Source: Macrostomum lignano
Taxonomy: Eukaryota
NCBI GenBank assembly: GCA_002269645.1
Contig: NIVC01001974.1
Location: 62,001-126,000, forward strand
Direction of reading: 5' to 3'
DNA length: 64,000 nt
Under the pieces are notes generated by a model. It searched no databases, was not told the origin of the DNA, and saw nothing but the letters and a program-made list of their open reading frames with translations. Shown in pieces: positions 60,336 to 64,000 of the stretch. The position numbers and the translations under genes are program-made. Numbering within the stretch: the first letter of the stretch is position 1; every line of letters begins with the position of its first letter.

Positions 60336-61237
60336 GCAATTATTGTCATTCCATTTTTGCGCAGTATGTTTTCCAGAACAGAGAGCTGTACATACTTACA
60401 GATCAATATGACTATTATCAGTCCTGATTCATTCTTATTATAATTGTGTCTTTCGTCCGTTACACAAGTCTTTTTTGTTAACGACCTTGTCATTTAATTC
60501 ACGTGCTGACCCGTGTTTCAGTTGTCTACCAGTTTTGTTTTGTTTTTCCTTGTTGAAAGAGTTGCTATTTTCATTCTGTTTGTCCGGATTTCTTTGTTAA
60601 ATGATTATATATTATAAATATTTTTTGAAGTTTTTTGTATTCACTTAGTTTTGCAGATAATTGGAAGCTTCGGTGTCCAAAACTTGTCACATTTTAATCT
60701 CACGCTTTCGCTGTTCCACTTTGATCGTTTTTGTGCGTTCGTTTGGCCAAGTCGTTTGAACATTGTGTAGCTAGTTAATGTGTTTGAAATCATATCTAAT
60801 TCATATATATTGTCAGGCTTCTTAAAATCGGCAATCCAATACATTCGCAACCAACTGTTTAACCTTTTTTGTCATCTATCAAATATTATTATCAATCTCT
60901 AGCGGCGTTTGCACCAGCTGAAGGCGTGAAAATTTCGCAAGAACTACTTTATTGTTGTTATAATTAATTAAGTTTGCTTCCCCTCATATTGCTCGGTATT
61001 TTTTAATGTTAACTACTGATAGCAATTCAAATGAATGTATATTCTATTTTGCGTTATGTGCGTTAATTGTTTTTTCAGTGGGTCGCTGTTGCTGTGTTCC
61101 AATAACAATTAAAATTAGGTGTTTAATAAAAATAAATAAATACCAAAATTAACACTCTCGCGCCGTTAAAGCTTATTTATTACTCATTATATGTAATAAG
61201 TTCTCTCACTACGCGCTTAACTCTATTTTTTAATATA

Positions 61238-61460
61238 ATAATAATAATAATAATAATAATATATTACACCTGTCCTAATCGGGCAGATGCGCAACTGACA
61301 GCTCAGCCGCAGCTATTACGCGGCGCATCTGAAGGTTGCGTACGGCTCTTCAGTCCAAGGACTGGGGGGTCGCCACACACCCTCAATTACCCCAGCTAAT
61401 GCTGGCACCCATTTTACAGCTGGGTGAACTGAAGACAATGCAGACTTAAGTGTTTTACTA
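61238..61460 (-). mobile_element. 5'-truncated SINE with CORE-like segment and (TTA)n tail
   Basis: Minus strand CAGTTCACCCAGCTGTAAAATGGGTGCCAGC resembles the CORE-type SINE segment; (AAT)n run at 61238-61262 on plus. Confidence 0.55.
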
Positions 61461-61565
61461 TGCTTATTCTGATTCCTAATAGTTTAAATAAGCGTACGAG
61501 TTATTTTGTTCTAGGGGTAAAGCATTTTTAATGGATTCCTAGCCTAGCCTGCATGGTTAAAGGAG

Positions 61566-61695
61566 TAGAATGGATTGCTAATCTATAGCTTGCATAAATG
61601 AGAGAATAGAATGGATTGCTAATCTATAGCCTTGATAAATGAGAGAATAGAATGAATTGCTAATCTATAGCCTTGATAAATGAGAGAATAGAATA
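61566..61695 (+). repeat. 41-bp tandem repeat, ~3 copies
   Basis: TAGAATGGATTGCTAATCTATAGCCTTGATAAATGAGAGAA. Confidence 0.85.
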
Positions 61696-62289
61696 GATTA
61701 CCTAGAAAAAAGTTGGGATTGTACAAGTAGTCATTGTCTTGCCTAATTATTACAAACCGTATTAAATGCTACCAACTTCTAGTAAATTTAAATATTATCA
61801 TGATACTACTTTTTAGTAGTAATGCTGGTGAATATTTTTTGTCAATGGAGATGCAGAGTACTGAATCGCCTTTATTATCTTAATAAAGTTGAGCTAAAAT
61901 TAAAGTTACTTAATATAAAGGCTCTTATTTTTGTACTTCTAATATGACAGGGTACTTTGCGCATGCTTATAGCTAACATAGTCTCGGTCATAGGCTTTAG
62001 GTTTGAGCTAAGCTATCTAAAATCGGAGATCCAATCCTTGCAATTAACGCATGCCCAGCTGGTCCGGCTGATCTGGGCACTAAAACTCTTTGTTGGATCA
62101 GCGCCTTCCGGTGCCCGAGTCCACACAGACAGGCTGTTTCTATTTTAGTCCCGCTAATGGACAGCCGGTTACGGGGGATAAAGGAATTTTTTAAACTTGG
62201 CTGTAAAAGTAGACTTAATAAACACGTTCTTAGTAATTTACAGTGTACTATCAAATCGTGTTTTGTTATTCGTATCTGGACTAAGTCTC

Positions 62290-62293
62290 TCTT

Positions 62294-62358
<65 letters not shown>

Positions 62359-62363
62359 GTGTG

Positions 62364-62422
<59 letters not shown>

Positions 62423-62455
62423 GTGTGTGTCTGTCTGTCTGTCTGTCTGTGTGTG

Positions 62456-62504
<49 letters not shown>

Positions 62505-62530
62505 GCCTGTCTGTCTGTCTGTGTGTCTGT
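62290..62530 (+). repeat. (TCTG)n microsatellite
   Basis: Tetranucleotide array with TGTG interruptions. Confidence 0.97.
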
Positions 62531-63344
62531 ACAGCCAAATATTGCATGTAGCTGTAATGCCCGATCATCTTTCTCCTTTGCTCCCTTACCTATCGCTCCC
62601 AGCTCTAAGAGCTGCACTTCAAACAGTGTGTGTGTTTTTACAGGAACTCTATTACAATACCTTCAGTGCAGGACTGCAAAACTGCAAGACTTGAATGCTA
62701 TATAGCGGATTTCAATGGCACCGGCATGCATACACAGCTCTGACACACTGTATATGAGGTCTCTGCTGGGTGGCCCTGGGGGGATTGCCAACCAGCTTTT
62801 GAAGACTGTAATTTAAAGTCTGCAGCTTGAATAGAGTGAAAGCGTATTGATTCCCTGGCAGTGCCATTGGCTTGGGCCTTAATTCTACTTGGAAGGGAAG
62901 TTGGTTGAAGCGGTTTTCAATGGTTAATTGTGCTCAGAGGTTCGCTATTTAAAATCTATCTTTTCAAATCTCTGTCGTTTTAAAAAATTGCAGGCACTCA
63001 GTCAGAGAATCCTATGGTAGGGCTGGGGGATCTTTGCCTTTCTGGGGGTGAAATGGTTTCCATAGCAACCAGGCCATCGTTACTTGCTCAGCCAATCGCG
63101 TATCGCCATTCTCTCCCTCTCTCTCCCGACATCTCTCTCACCTTGCTCTCTACTACTGTTTTTTTTTTTTTTTGGCCATCGTTGCTGGGTGCAGTGCGTA
63201 ACCTAGCGTCTTTTCCTGCGAATCTGACTCGATTTTTATGTTTCTCTTTCAGCAAAGAAATTGCTTGGAGCATATAGAAGACAGATGCTTGGAAATTCAG
63301 TGGCGGCCAAGGTAAAGTTCAAGGAAAACTTTTCTACGTTATGT

Positions 63345-64000
63345 ACGACTGTCAGTTCAGTCAGTTACTCCAGGTGTGCTCAGTCAGTTACTCAAGGTGT
63401 GCTCAGTCAGTTACTCCAGTTGTGCTCAGTCAGTTACTCCAGGTGTGCTCAGTCAGTTACTCCAGGTGTGCTCAGTCAGTTACTCCAGGTGTGCTCAGTC
63501 AATTACTCAAGGTGTGCTCAGTCAGTTACTCAAGGTGTGCTCAGTCAGTTACTCAAGGTGTGCTCAGTCAGTTACTCAAGGTGTGCTCAGTCAGTTACTC
63601 AAGGTGTGCTCAGTCACTACTGAAGGTGTGCTCAGTCACTACTGAAGGTGTGCTCAGTCACTACTGAAGGTGTGCTCAGTCACTACTGAAGGTGTGCTCA
63701 GTCACTACTGAAGGTGTGCCTCAGTCACTACTGAAGGTGTGCTCAGTTACTACTGAAGGTGTGCTCAGTCACTACTGAAGATGTGATCAGTCACTTTTGA
63801 AGGTGTGCTCAGTCACTACTGAAGGTGTGATCAGTCACTTTTGAAGGTGTGCTCAGTCACTACTGAAGGTGTGCTCAGTCACTATTGAAGGTGTGCTCAG
63901 TCACTACTGAAGGTGTGCCTCAGTCACTACTGAAGGTGTGCTCAGTCACTACTGAAGGTGTGCTCAGTCACTACTGAAGATGTGATCAGTCACTTTTGAA
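63345..64000 (+). repeat. 23/22-bp minisatellite (AGGTGTGCTCAGTCAGTTACTC(C/A) changing to AAGGTGTGCTCAGTCACTACTG), runs off the window
   Basis: Tandem units; variant switch near 63610. Confidence 0.95.

Noticed and set aside
26880-64000. Long periodic ORFs over repeat arrays (MAPPSPCRSF.., CLSV.., TDRQ.., SQLLQVC.., MSNIK..)
   Set aside because: Translations of mini/microsatellites; the peptide period equals the DNA unit length and several frames are open.

Overview
Repeat-rich eukaryotic (animal) genomic DNA with GT-AG introns and CTAAY branch points. The dense intronic minisatellites suggest a free-living flatworm such as Macrostomum; this is inference and unverified. Four host genes were reconstructed by hand: an intronless RPS28 (-); a 4-exon nucleolin-like RRM protein with its RGG domain at the N-terminus (-); an 11-exon, phase-consistent model for a divergent tubulin-tyrosine-ligase-like (TTLL) protein with substituted active-site residues and one in-frame TAG (-); and a 3-exon TENT5/FAM46 nucleotidyltransferase (+). 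Bases 789-12778 are a three-layer nested transposon. The outer layer is a Foldback/Mutator-like element with ~540-bp modular TIRs, carrying a spliced transposase-polyQ-Ulp1 protease-PHD gene that the ORF track misses. Inside it is an RNase H-bearing LINE, and inside the LINE's RNase H FTDGS motif is a 5.4-kb hAT element with a perfect 8-bp TSD. The rest holds three families of non-autonomous hAT elements (one nested in its own family), tRNA-derived SINEs, mariner and LINE fragments, and more than a dozen mini/microsatellites. No rRNA, intact tRNA or CRISPR array is supported.
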